Counted from the whole stretch's first letter, positions 27,308-40,204 are shown. The stretch: 62,906 nt of DNA, filler included, from Octopus bimaculoides (GCF_001194135.2; 7 parts of 6 records of this genome joined end to end with filler, not necessarily neighbours in it), one strand, 5' to 3'. A program made the numbers and translations. Notes: generated by a model not told the origin, from the sequence alone.

Positions 27308-27671
27308 CGTCGGGGGTCACCAGTTTAGTAGAAAGTGGGTTATACATATTTAGATTGTATACCTGACTTTCTACTATAAAATTATGAATATAAACGGAAC
27401 GCTGAACTCCAGACTAAACAACTTAAACAACATTTATTCAGGTGGTAAATATGTACATCATTAGTTCTTGTTGTTACAGCTTCTGTGTGTATGAGCATAG
27501 TTGTTGGGACGTTGTTCTGTAGTTGTGAGCGAGCTGTCGAGTGTAAGTCCGAAAGATGTAGAGACAGCTTTAGCACACGTCCATGCTCATGGTCGGCCGA
27601 CCGTAAAAGAGAAAGATTAAAGCGGGAAAGTTTGGTTGTTTAATTCTACGCATGCGCACGGCGTTACTACA
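27308..27671 (-). mobile_element. Probable LTR (about 350 nt) followed by a tRNA-Trp primer-binding site; Gypsy-like LTR retrotransposon remnant
   Basis: Minus strand starts TGTAGTAA (27671), contains AATAAA (27433-27438), ends CTACTAAAC, then TGGTGACCCCCGACG (27322-27308), matching the complement of the tRNA-Trp 3' end with one extra C. Confidence 0.6.
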
Positions 27672-27900
27672 CAGGCGTTCGCCAAATCAGCTCAATATTT
27701 GAAGGACAGTTTCCTCTCAGTCCATCTTTGTGTGAAGCGCTCCTACCCGTCCTGCTCGTAACCTTGTCCCAGTTCCCATCCACCTGGAGGTCCAGCTCAA
27801 ACCAGACGTCGAACAGTTTAACTATCCCGTCCAGCGATCCACGATTCTTTTCGACCGTGTTGGCATGCTTCTCCACGTGCCGAATTGCAAGTTCACTCAT
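27667..27900 (-). other. 77-aa ORF in a GC-richer island abutting the LTR; origin unresolved
   Basis: MSELAIRHVEKHANTVEKNRGSLDGIVKLFDVWFELDLQVDGNWDKVTSRTGRSASHKDGLRGNCPSNIELIWRTPV*. The antisense register is also open over most of it, and the stop overlaps the LTR start. Confidence 0.3.
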
Positions 27901-29429
27901 TTATCTGTTTTGTGTTTGACAAAATTATCTTTATACAACGTATATTATGAAAGGTAATCAAAATGTGATTTTACTATACAATATTATATAGTGCTACTGA
28001 ATCCAAAGATCTAGTATTCAGTAACGCAATTAATACTGATGAAATAAAACAGGGAAGAATATGTTGTTGTAGTTAACAATGACTAAACAAGAATATAATA
28101 GAAGGTATTCCAGTCGTGACCATTCAAACTTTTATCGGTATCTAGGATTACATTATCTACTGTATCGTTACTATTTTCAATAGTATGAGGGAGACGTCAG
28201 TACAAAAATAAGAATGTTGTGCAACTTCATTAAAAGATACATTTTTTCGGTACAAATTTGATAAACTTGAAATTTATCACCCTCCAATCGTGATCCGGTT
28301 GTCTTTTTTAATACATGAAGCAACGTTGTTGACCAAGTACGTCTGAGTAACAGCAATATACAAACCAATGAAAAAATTCAAGAAATCTAATCAGCGTAGT
28401 ATCTAAGGGAAATAACTGGCAATAATAAAATTCCAGGGAGATGACTCTACATTTTGAAAGTGCAAATGAATTACAACAGGAAAAAAACAAACAAAAAAAA
28501 ACGGGGGGNNNNNNNNNNGGGGGGAACGAGGCACTAATTTCAACCTTTCTCTTGAACCAATTTTCTTCTACTCCATGCACACCAAAAACTGGAGTTTTTT
28601 TTGGTACTTTCTTTTAGTAATCTGTAAACAAGCTTTCCATGGTGTCGGGCAAGTTAAAAAGTCGGTAACCATCTTAATTTCATTAAACATGGCAATTGTC
28701 TACCCTTTTCAGTCATCATCCCCCTCCCCAAGTTTGATGCGTGGAGCATAAGGAATAACAAGAAATTTTCCGGACTTAGAGCAATGCTGTAAAACCACAA
28801 TATCTATTTTATTGAATAAAATATCTGAGGGGGACTTTCATTAACTAACAACTACATAATTTTATCTATCGTATCTTTTACTTGTTTCAGTCATTGGATT
28901 GTGACCATACTGGGGCACTGTCTTGCAGAGCTTTACTTGAACAAATCAGCCCCAGTTCTTATTCTACTGGGCTATTTTGCTGAACTGCTAAGTTATGGGG
29001 ACGTAAATAATTCAACTCCGGTTGTCAAGCGGTGGTGGTGGTGGTGGTGGGGGGGGAACAAACACAAAGATACATACATAATACATGTGTACATACATAC
29101 AAACATACATACATGCACACATACATACATATGTACTTGATAGGCTTCATTCAGTTTTTATCCACCAGATCTGCTCACAAGGCTTTGTTCAGTCCTGGGG
29201 CTGTAGACTTTTGCTCAAGATGTCATGCAGTGGGATTGAACCTAGAAATATGTGGTCGGGAAGCAAACTTCTTACCACAGAACCTGTGCCTATATCATAA
29301 ATATCAATTATATAAGGGGTGGAAGAGTAGCACCCACCTCTTTGTACATGTTGAATTGGTTTGAAACCTTCGAGAGAAACCACATTCAACAAGGTGTGAT
29401 GAAGGAAAAACAGTAAAGTACAACTGTGC

Positions 29430-30600
29430 TTTTCTCCCTGTGTAGTGGATATATTTTAGCAGTGTCATGACTTTTTTATATATTGTTTTGCATTTTTTAA
29501 AGTTGCTTGAAGTATTTCATCACTGTAATTCTATCAGGTTCTCCTACAAACAAATATCTGCATAAGTAACATTAACTTCAAACAGTATATTTAGCTTGAG
29601 TAGGTCACTAAACTGAGTTTACATATTATTGTGCAACATTTTTAAATGCTCAGAATGCAATACAAGGTCATCATTGCAAACTGATTCTAAACTGGGTAAT
29701 TATAGTAATGCATGATGTACAATATTCATTTTGTAGAACTGTATTTTTCCTAGAAAGGAATAGCTCCTTTGGAGGATATGAGATCACAGTTTTCCTCTTG
29801 AAGCTGTTTATTAAGTAAATTGATTCTATCAAATATGTCTGATAAGTAAAGTATATCATTTTACAACAGCCATTTGTTGGCTGAGATGGTTGTTAACCAG
29901 AAATGAGATAATAGTGTGCCAAAGTGCAACAAAATGATATTGACAATTACCTTTAAATAACAATCTCACCTTTGTATGAATTATAAGGCATCCAAACTTT
30001 TCTTTATTTTGATTACAGAATTCATGGAAGATGCAGTGATGCAAAGAATTTGATTTAATATGGTTAACAACTTTTATTACAATATTAAGAGCATCGTGCA
30101 GATTCCCACTAAATTCTTTTGTAATTAAGTGTTGCTGGTGTATCACACAATGTATGCAAAATACTTCAGGCACAGCATTTCTTTAAAATATGCAATGAAA
30201 CCTCTGTGTCTGCTTGTCATGGATGGAACACAATTATTAGGACAAGTGATCTTTGAGTGGAATATTGTTTATTTCAAAGTAAGTGGTAACTTCTTTGAAA
30301 ATTGTTTTGCCTTTCGTGTCTGTTTTAAAACTTTTGGCAAAAAACATTTCCTTTCTGAGTCTATTATCATTCAAAAATTGAACATATGCCAATAAAATAG
30401 CTATATTATATCTCAGGGTAGATTCAACAAGTTGTAAGGAAAATTGTTTTGTGTGCAATTTGCTTTTTTATATCTTCAGCTATTTCATCAATGTTCCATG
30501 ACACTAACAAGTTGTTTAAAGGAATGAAACCAGTAATTTCACCAGCATTTTGTTCCATAACTGATGAAATTAAAACAGATTCTACTGGCAAAATTTGATG
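29430..30600 (-). mobile_element. hAT (Buster/Charlie-like) transposase remnant
   Basis: IHCVIHQQHL, VVNHIKSNSL, HTKVRLLFKG (HTEVRWLSKG-like) and KGKTIF motifs; disrupted. Confidence 0.85.
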
Positions 30601-30960
30601 AATTACTAAGTTACATAATTTATCAAACTCAATAAGTTGTTATTCACTTGTTTCAAAGTTGGTGTCTTTCTCAACGGCACCCCACACGTAATAATCAATG
30701 GGATTACAACTGAGTGAATTAGGAGGCCAGAAATTGGGGCTGGTAAAGTCATAGAAATTCTCCAAAACCACACTTTCCTGAGGTATGGCAAGGCACCGAA
30801 TCCTGCAGCCACACATATGGCCATCCAGCAACAACTGTCTCCAGTCGAGTTTGACCAGTTCACCATTAATTAAACAATATCTATTTCCAGCACAACACAG
30901 CATTAATCCAAGATACTCTCCTTTGATTTTTCCATACTATAGAAAAAATGTGTTTACATT
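30600..30960 (-). mobile_element. Tc1/mariner transposase fragment
   Basis: FWPPNSLSCNPIDYYVWG resembles WPPNSPDLNPLDYYVWG. Confidence 0.85.
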
Positions 30961-31870
30961 CTTATTTCACCAATGGTGAATTCACTCCTTACCAGCCTAC
31001 TACATTTATTAGGGGAGAATTCATAAAAAAACAAAAGACGAAGATAGGTGGCGTAGACAACAAACAGATGTATTAGTTTAATGCTCGGGAAGTGAAAAAG
31101 TCTTTAACTTTTTGAGCCTACGCTCTTCCACAGAAAAGAACACAGAAAGAAACAAGGAGAGAAAATAAAGAATGTGTAGTGGCTAGTGATCTACTATATT
31201 TATTAGCTATCTTTGAGTAAACTGTTATTTCCCAGCCATAATATATTCTTTTACTTGTTTCAGTCATTTGACTGGAGCACTGCCTTTAGTCAAGCAAATC
31301 GACCATACCATTACAAATATACCATTACAGAAATTTTTTTTTGGCATATTTAAAAAATATTTTAAAGTGAAAATTACTTAAAAAATACGGTANNNNNNNN
31401 NNNNNNNNNNNNNNNNNNNNNNNNNNNNNNNNNNNNNNNNNNNNNNNNNNNNNNNNNNNNNNNNNNNNNNNNNNNNNNNNNNNNNNNNNNNNNNNNNNNN
31501 NNNNNNNNNNNNNNNNNNNNNNNNNNNNNNNNNNNNNNNNNNNNNNNNNNNNNNNNNNNNNNNNNNNNNNNNNNNNNNNNNNNNNNNNNNNNNNNNNNNN
31601 NNNNNNNNNNNNNNNNNNNNNNNNNNNNNNNNNNNNNNNNNNNNNNNNNNNNNNNNNNNNNNNNNNNNNNNNNNNNNNNNNNNNNNNNNNNNNNNNNNNN
31701 NNNNNNNNNNNNNNNNNNNNNNNNNNNNNNNNNNNNNNNNNNNNNNNNNNNNNNNNNNNNNNNNNNNNNNNNNNNNNNATAAGCTAGAAAAGGAAAAAAA
31801 AAATCACAAAACAAAACTCCATTGCTGGAAATGTTCACCAGACTACCATTGGGTCACCGGTAGTCTAGTA

Positions 31871-31912
<42 letters not shown>

Positions 31913-31924
31913 AAATCTCTGTAT

Positions 31925-32650
31925 ATATATTGGGTCATCCGATAAATAATGTGGTTTTTTTATACTTCTTTTATTTTTCAAAATTCACTTGTCCGTGATG
32001 AAAAATGCTCCTCCAGTACTGTTCTGACCTTATCTACAGAATTCGTCTATTTTCCGTCCAAATAATTTTGAAGACTACAGAATAAATGATAATCAGATGG
32101 AGTAATGTCCAGTGAATAGAGTGGGTGAAGTATCGTTTCCCATTCAAACTGCTCCAGCCTTTGGAATGTTATCCTTATTGTATGTGGCCAAACATTATCC
32201 TGATGGAAGAACACCTTTCATCTTGAAACCAAAGGTAGTTATTTTTCTTCTAGAGCTGACTTCAGCCACTCAAACTGCTTGTAGTAGATCTCCTTTGTTA
32301 TTGTTTGGTTTGTGTTTAAAAGTTCAAAGTGGACTAAACCTTTCATATCCCACCAAACAGATAACAAACCTTATATGAGTGAAAACCTTCTTTAGCCTAG
32401 GGTGCTGGTGTTTCTCCTTTCCCTACCTACTGTCTTTAGCACTTGACATTTTTATAGAGAACCCATTTCTCATCACCAATCACTATTTAGCCCAAAAAGA
32501 TTCATTTGTGAGACATGACAGCAAAGCAGAGCACACATTCACTCTCTGCATGCAATTAGACTCAGAAAGTTTGTGAGGAACCCATTGACCCAATTTGCTG
32601 ACTTTTCCAATGGCACGCAGGTATCAATAAATGGCTGAATGACCAAATCC
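31925..32650 (-). mobile_element. Mariner transposase remnant
   Basis: LGQWVPHKL, IGDEKWVLY and LHPLYSLDITPSDYHLF motifs. Confidence 0.9.
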
Positions 32651-32934
32651 AAGAGGCTGGATATATCCTCTAAGACAGCCCTGAAAGAAAAGAAAGATGA
32701 TCATGGGGAAAAGAAAGATGGACGATGGTCATGTGTGAGCAATGAGAGAGAGAGTAAAGCAGAAAGAGAGGAGAGAGAGAGACAGATAGAAAACGGTGAA
32801 GGGGAGAAAAAAGAATGAGAGAAAACGATAGGAGGAGAGAACCAAGTCACATCAAAAAGATTAAGATAAACTTACTTGGAAATAGATGTGTGGCATTCAA
32901 TCAAATAATAATATAGATAATATATATATATATA

Positions 32935-33023
<89 letters not shown>

Positions 33024-33337
33024 TCAATTATGTGGATAAACAAATTAAATATAAGACCTTGTGTTTAGTATATAAAATATGTATACATGCAAAACAAGAG
33101 AAAGCAAGACTTTCAGACGATGAATATTTAAGTATAAATATATATTTATATTAATAGATCAAACTTACACAGAGTATGAATGATAGAAAATTAAAGGGGA
33201 GGAAGTGAAGTGTTGTAAGTTTAACAGCTGTTTCTGGGGTCTCGGAGAACCATCAGATGTAGTTCATCACAATATGCAGACTGTAATGGAAGCAGTCAAC
33301 ATTGTATTTGACTGTATATATATGTGTGTGTGTGTAT

Positions 33338-33850
33338 GTGTATAAATGTAAACAAACAAATATTTGTTTTCTTATTGTACAATACAAATAAGATGATATT
33401 TTTTTGAATGCAGAGTTGCTGTTAGAACAGCAGAAATACTGGGTAAATTACCTTTATGAGGTGGAAAACTTTGTTAGCAACCAGCCATGGGACTCAAACC
33501 TATATCCCTCGAAGACTCCAGTTGAGTGCTTTACCATATTAAGTTAAACTTCCCACTGACAAAATTACCACCAAATATAAACACTAAATACTTTTAGCTT
33601 TATAGAATAACCATGTATGTATAAATGTAAACAAACAAATATTTGTTTTTTTATTAGAAGCATCAAAATGTGTATTGTACAATACAAATAAGAAGATTTT
33701 TGAATGTGGTGTTACTGCTTAATGGTAAACCACTCAGCCAGAGTATTTGAGGAATGTGGATTCAAGTCCCATGGTTGGTTGTTGACAAATTTTTCCACCT
33801 TCTTATGGTAGTTTACCCAGTAGTTCTTCTATTCTAATGGCAACTCTACG
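33338..33850. repeat. Direct duplication of an about 80-nt flank, each copy followed by the same tRNA-derived repeat in opposite orientation
   Basis: TATAAATGTAAACAAACAAATATTTG...GAATG at about 33341 and 33620; 33410-33550 is the reverse complement of 33705-33850. Confidence 0.7.
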
Positions 33851-34215
33851 TTTGAAAAAAATATAATTTTCTTATTTGTATCATATGTATGTGTGTGTGT
33901 ATACATATGTTGTTCCTACACCTTTGTCATTGTTTTTCTATAAATTTGAACTTTATATATGTATATATGTCTATGGCATTGGCATCAAAGAAGGTGGTAA
34001 GTGGTACCCTGAGCAGATCCCTAGGAATACTTACTGGAGACAGCCACCTGGTACAGCATGCATGGAGCAAGCACATTCCTTACATACGTACATACACATA
34101 CATGCACTTTGTTTATATATATAGAACAAAACGGTGAAATATATATATTATTTATAAATGTATACATTTACACCCATAAACATTTGTGTACATGTATGTA
34201 TATATGTGTGTGTGC

Positions 34216-34248
<33 letters not shown>

Positions 34249-34671
34249 TATATGTGTAATTATAAGCTCCAAGGATCTAAGTATATGAAGTTTATTAGCT
34301 TCAAGCAATCCATGGTATGTACAAAAAACAACGTTCAGGAACAATAATAATTTATTGGTAAAGGTTGTAGGCTTTTTCCCATATCAAAGTTAAATAAACT
34401 GAAAAAGTTTTTTTATAGTTCATGGTTAGTAGCTTGAGTCATCATCATCATTTAATGTCTGTTGTCCATGTTGGCATGGGTTAGATGGTTTGACCTGGGC
34501 TAGTAAACTGAGAGGCTACACAGACTTCAGTCTAATGGGGCATGGTTTCTCCGGTTGGATACTCTTCCTAATGCCAACCACTCTGAGAGTGTAATGGGTG
34601 CTTCTATGTGTCACCAGCAAGGCTGCCAGTTGTGTGACTCTAGTATCTGTCACAGCTATGAAAACTGTTAT

Positions 34672-34762
34672 TGCCCACAGAGAGACTTGAACCCGCAACC
34701 CTCAGATTCCATCATCGACTGCACATAAAAGTCTGATGCTCTACCGACTAAGCTATGTGGGC
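34672..34762 (-). tRNA. tRNA-Lys(UUU) with an 18-nt intron at 37/38; may be a weakly functional copy or pseudogene
   Basis: Minus strand: GCCCACA TA GCTT AGTCGGTA GAGC A TCAGA CTTTTA [TGTGCAGTCGATGATGGA] A TCTGA GGGTT GCGGG TTCAAGT CTCTC TGTGGGC A. Perfect 7-bp acceptor stem, intact D and anticodon stems, A/B boxes, TTTT about 7 nt downstream. The T stem has one C-U mismatch and one G-U pair. Confidence 0.85.
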
Positions 34763-34821
34763 TCATCACATGTGAATAAAAATCCAGATTGAGGAAGTGG
34801 AGCTGGTAAAATTCAGGCGAT

Positions 34822-35144
34822 ATATGTTTCCTAGCTAGCAGAATCTCAGATGTAATAATTCCTCAATGAGAGGTACTCAGCTAGCAACACATCAGGTTGA
34901 AGGTACCTTAATTATACGAAGGGGACATTGTTGTCAAGGAATCCCAAGTTATTTTGCTGAAGCTATAATTTGAAAACTAAAAAGATATCATTTTAAAATT
35001 ATATTTTCAGGGAGTTAACTTAGGATGTCTTAACAGCAATGTAACCTTCATATAATTAGGGTATCTTCAGCCTGACGAGCAGGTAGCTGAGTATCCCTTG
35101 TTGAGTAATTGTTACATCAGAGGATCTGCTAGCTAGGAAACATA
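34822..35144. mobile_element. MITE with long TIRs just upstream of the tRNA gene
   Basis: ATGTTTCCTAGCTAGCAGA... mirrored by ...TCTGCTAGCTAGGAAACAT; the IR extends over roughly 100 nt. Confidence 0.7.
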
Positions 35145-35183
35145 AACAGTCTGGATTTTACCTATTCCACTCCCTCTGTTTGG

Positions 35184-35256
<73 letters not shown>

Positions 35257-36726
35257 GATTCACTTAACAAATCATTTTTTTCTTTTTGACAACTACGATT
35301 TTGACTTTGCACAGCTATTATCTTGAACATGTAGTTTTAAAGTAAAGGTAAAAAAATTCCTCATGTCATCTCTAATTTGGTATTTTAAATTTTGTTCTAA
35401 ATAGAGCTGTACTATTATTTTAACACATTTTTATGAATGTAATAGTAGTGATCTCACTTAAATTGGTTTCTAATAATTTTATAAATTTAAAAATTTTCAG
35501 TGTCAGACACACTTCAGAATTTATCCCTGTACATTTGTTTTAAATAATAGGTCTGACCTAGCATATTCATACATTGGTTAAAATAACAGTTATTATAAAT
35601 ATAAATTACTATAATGATAATTTTTTTAGAATTGGTGGAGTATCATAAGAAGTACGCATTATCATAGAGGAATTCTAACTGAAGCTCACCATTTAACCCA
35701 TCCATTTTTTTTTTTTTCTAGTTTACCATATTTTTTCAAATTTATATTTTAGAAACTTTATCATTATGAATTTATAATTTTTTTAGATTTTCAGAATAGC
35801 TGTCTCGCATAAATCAGAATTTTTGAAGGATTTTTTTTGGGGGGGAGGGGGGCACATTGTTTAGTACCCCCTATTTCAAAACTCTCATAGGAGAACTTGC
35901 TTTAAAACATTTTCATCCATGCTGTTTTAAATGTCTATCCCNNNNNNNNNNNNNNNNNNNNNNNNNNNNNNNNNNNNNNNNNNNNNNNNNNNNNNNNNNN
36001 NNNNNNNNNNNNNNNNNNNNNNNNNNNNNNNNNNNNNNNNNNNNNNNNNNNNNNNNNNNNNNNNNNNNNNNNNNNNNNNNNNNNNNNNNNNNNNNNNNNN
36101 NNNNNNNNNNNNNNNNNNNNNNNNNNNNNNNNNNNNNNNNNNNNNNNNNNNNNNNNNNNNNNNNNNNNNNNNNNNNNNNNNNNNNNNNNNNNNNNNNNNN
36201 NNNNNNNNNNNNNNNNNNNNNNNNNNNNNNNNNNNNNNNNNNNNNNNNNNNNNNNNNNNNNNNNNNNNNNNNNNNNNNNNNNNNNNNNNNNNNNNNNNNN
36301 NNNNNNNNNNNNNNNNNNNNNNNNNNNNNNNNNNNNNNNNNNNNNNNNNNNNNNNNNNNNNNNNNNNNNNNNNNNNNNNNNNNNNNNNNNNNNNNNNNNN
36401 NNNNNNNNNNNNNNNNNNNNNNNNNNNNNNNNNNNNNNNNNNNNNNNNNNNNNNNNNNNNNNNNNNNNNNNNNNNNNNNNNNNNNNNNNNNNNNNNNNNN
36501 NNNNNNNNNNNNNNNNNNNNNNNNNNNNNNNNNNNNNNNNNNNNNNNNNNNNNNNNNNNNNNNNNNNNNNNNNNNNNNNNNNNNNNNNNNNNNNNNNNNN
36601 NNNNNNNNNNNNNNNNNNNNNNNNNNNNNNNNNNNNNNNNNNNNNNNNNNNNNNNNNNNNNNNNNNNNNNNNNNNNNNNNNNNNNNNNNNNNNNNNNNNN
36701 NNNNNNNNNNNNNNNNNNNNNNNNNN

Positions 36727-37075
36727 TGCCACCTGCACAGGAGTCAGTCCAGCAGCACTGGCAATGACCTCGCTCAAATGTTTTGTTCACATGCCACCGG
36801 CACAAGTGCCAGTAAGGTGACGCTGGTAATGGTCACGCTCAAATGGTGGTTTCAACGTGCCACCAGCACAGAAGCCAGAAAGCTGCTCTGGCAGTGATCC
36901 AGCTTGGATGGTGCTGTTAGCACTCCACTGGCATGGGTGCCAGTCATTGAATTTGGTTCAATTTCAATTTCACTTGCCCCAACAGGTGTTTGCAAGCAGA
37001 GTTTAGTGTCCAATGAAGGAAGGTTGGCATGGGTGCCAGTCATCAAATTTGGTTCGATTTCGATTTCTTCATTAA
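36727..37075. repeat. TGCCAG-rich dispersed repeat with an internal direct duplication
   Basis: GGCATGGGTGCCAGTCAT..AATTTGGTTC.ATTTC.ATTTC occurs twice (about 36929 and 37026). Confidence 0.6.
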
Positions 37076-37661
37076 ATATTAATGTTTGGTTCAAGAACTA
37101 TTATTAATATGACAACTAGAAACAAATATAAAAGAGGAGTCAATATTTCATGTTTGAGCAATTGATGGGACACTATCAATGATAGGTTGTCATCACTACT
37201 TCATCAATTTATTGAAAAGGTTATACCTAGCATGTTTGCAGTTCACTCTATAATCCATAGGTAATCTCTGGCTTTGAATAGCCTAAGTGGTAGACTTAAC
37301 AAATTGTTGATCACTTAACATATTTTAATCCCAAACAATAAACCCAACTGTTAGGGAATTAACTAATACAGTGCTAATGTACTCAGCAGCTCATTTCTTT
37401 ATCTTGTATCATCTTGCTCTTCTCTCATGGAATTGATAACCAGAACTACACCCACCCTATTTTTAAGATTTAGTAATAGTTAAAGCCTATATATACCTAT
37501 TCCCATTATTTATTTGCTTTCAGCTTCTTGCATTAAACTCAGTTACAAGATAGAATATACAAAGTGTTTGGGCTAAATTTGACAGTTTACATAAAGTGAA
37601 AACAGAATACAATATCCCATCAAAAAATAAAAGTAATATAAAATTTTTTTAAATATCAACT

Positions 37662-37817
37662 AGGAGTGGCTGTGTGATAAGTAGCTTGCTTACCAGTTAC
37701 ATGGTTCCAGGTTCAGTCCTACTGCATGGCACCTTGGGTAAGTGTCTTCTTCTATAGCCTCGGGCTGACTAAAACCTTGTGAGTGGATTTGGTAGATGGA
37801 AACTGAAAGAAGCCTGT

Positions 37818-37854
<37 letters not shown>

Positions 37855-38005
37855 GTATGTGTATATGTTTGTGTGTCTGTGCTTGTCCCTCCAACATCGC
37901 TTGATGCTGGTGTGTTTACATCCTCTGTAGCTTAGTATTTCAGCAAAAGAGATCCAATAGACTAAGTACTAGGCTTACAAAGAATAAGTCATGGGGTCGA
38001 TTTGC
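37662..38005 (+). mobile_element. Near full-length tRNA-derived SINE (family A). Other copies or parts: 1-182 +, 2963-3225 -, 14985-15178 +, 28878-29290 -, 50890-51205 -, 60875-61290
   Basis: tRNA-like head GGAGTGGCTGTGTG.TAAGTAGCTTGCTTACCA...GGTTCAGTCC, internal TA/TATG microsatellite, conserved body. Confidence 0.85.
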
Positions 38006-38262
38006 TTTCTTTAAACAGACAATATTTTAACATTTTAAAAAAATTATTTTCTAGTGAATACCATTACAGAAATTTTTTTTTGGCATATTAAAAAAATATT
38101 TTAAAGTGAAAATTACTTTAAAAATACGGTAAATATTTCATAAAAGACCCATTCCTAACCTCAGTGTGAAATAATCGATAAATACATATACACAGATATA
38201 TATAGAAATATATAGAAATACATAAAACTAATCATATTCAGAAGATAAACACATATTTACAA

Positions 38263-38338
<76 letters not shown>

Positions 38339-38399
38339 TTGCTTCATGCTCTTGTTTGATGGGGCTGGGGACACCCAAGGTTAGTGGTCTCAGAAGTAT

Positions 38400-38965
38400 C
38401 ATCATGCGTAGAGCCAACCAAGACCACCAGTGCTCCCTATTGCTGGCTGTCCCATGCCAGCCCCTTTATGTCCTTCAAGATGACGTTGAGACTCTGGAGA
38501 TCTTCCTTAATCCTGTCCAGCCATCTGGTGCAGGGCCTCTTCCAACCTGCAGCTGCTGCATTGAACAAGTATAAGGCCCTGGTAGGATGATCTAGTGGGA
38601 GGATATATTCGTAACAGCACATGTGGTGGTTGGCTATGAGGCAGGAGGCTGTGACTGATGTGTGTGTGTGCATGCAGCTCTTTGTTGAATACATGATAGT
38701 GACATCTCCTTCATAGAGGAAACTGGAAAGGATCGACACATTGTAGATGTGGAGCTTCATCTTCCAGGAGATAGAGCAGTACATGACTCCAGTGGCCAGA
38801 CCACATCTGCAGTTGATCTCCAGGATCAGATCTCTATTGTTGGTGACTGTGGAGCTGTCAATGATGGTGATGAAGGAGCTGACAAATTCCATGACATTGG
38901 CTGAAGAACAAGCTTTGCTGATTCCTCTTGGTGTATGGTCAGTGTTTCCCTGAGCTGGGTGAGTC
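38400..38965 (-). mobile_element. RTE-clade LINE 3' fragment
   Basis: KLHIYNVSILSSFLY...GWKRP..TRWLDRIKEDL. Confidence 0.8.
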
Positions 38966-38984
38966 ACTGAATAAAGTGGTATAT

Positions 38985-39300
38985 CATCATCATCATCATC
39001 GTCAAATGTCTGCTTTCCAAGCTGGCATAGGTTAGATGGTTTGACAGGGGCTGGCTAGGCAGAGGGCTGCACCTAGCTTCACTGTCTGTTTTGACATGGA
39101 CTGAATGTTTTTTATGTGGCCCCAGCACTGGCATGGTTTTTACAGCTGGACGTCCCTCCAAACATCAACCACTTTACAGTGAGGACTGCATGCCCCAGCT
39201 TTGGCAGGGTCACCAAGTAAGTTGCAAAAGAAAGATCCTTTGAGAGGGGGTATGGGAGGAGGTGGCCTTGTGATGTCTTGCTGTAAAGGAGATACATAGT
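38985..39300 (+). mobile_element. (CAT)n-led dispersed repeat (family C). Other copies: 34436-34640, 51790-52010
   Basis: Shared (CAT)n-TTTAA.GTC...GGCATGGGTT.GA.GGTTTGAC...GCTGGATGCCCTTC. Confidence 0.75.
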
Positions 39301-39488
39301 TACCCAGTCAGTGGAAAAGAGAAGGAGAGAGAGGGAGAGAGATCAAGAATGAGATAGAAACAGGCGTATTGCTATAGAGGAGACACATGGTTATCCAGTG
39401 ATAAAGCAAAAGAAAGAGAGAGAGAAAGAGAGAGTGAAAGTAATCAAGAATGAGAAAGTGAGTGGAAGAGAGAGAAAGGATGAGAATG

Positions 39489-39545
<57 letters not shown>

Positions 39546-39813
39546 GAGAGAGAGATGGTGTGGTGTGCAAGGGCATACTCTCAAGGTATGAGGATCAGAA
39601 TATAAATGGGATGATAGAGTATTCCTAAAGGAGTATGATTAGGGAGTAATGATTTCACATGAATGCAAAGAGTGTGGGGAATGCAGTGACTGGTGGGGGA
39701 AAACAGGATAGCTAAGATACAGTGAACAGGGTAGTGAGGACAGGAATAGGGAGAGAGAGATAAGTATAAGCATAGTGCATGAAAAAGAGGAAACATAAGG
39801 AAGAGAGGAGGAT

Positions 39814-39867
<54 letters not shown>

Positions 39868-40204
39868 CAGATATATAATAATAATAATAATAATAGCAAT
39901 CCTTTCTACTATAGATAGGCACAAGGCCTGAAATTTGTGGGAGGGGACTGTCGATTACATCGACCCCAATACACAACCGGTACTTAGTTTATTAACCTCG
40001 AAAGGATGGAAGGTAAAGTTGGCCTTGGTGGAATTTGAACTCGGAATGTAAAGACCAACGAAATGCTGCTAACTATAATAATAATAATCATAATCCTTTC
40101 TACTGAAGGCACAAGGCCTTGAAATTTTGTGGGGAGGAGACTAGTTGATTACATTGACCCCAGTGTTTCACTAGTACTTAATTTAGTTAATTAGTTCCCT
40201 CTGA

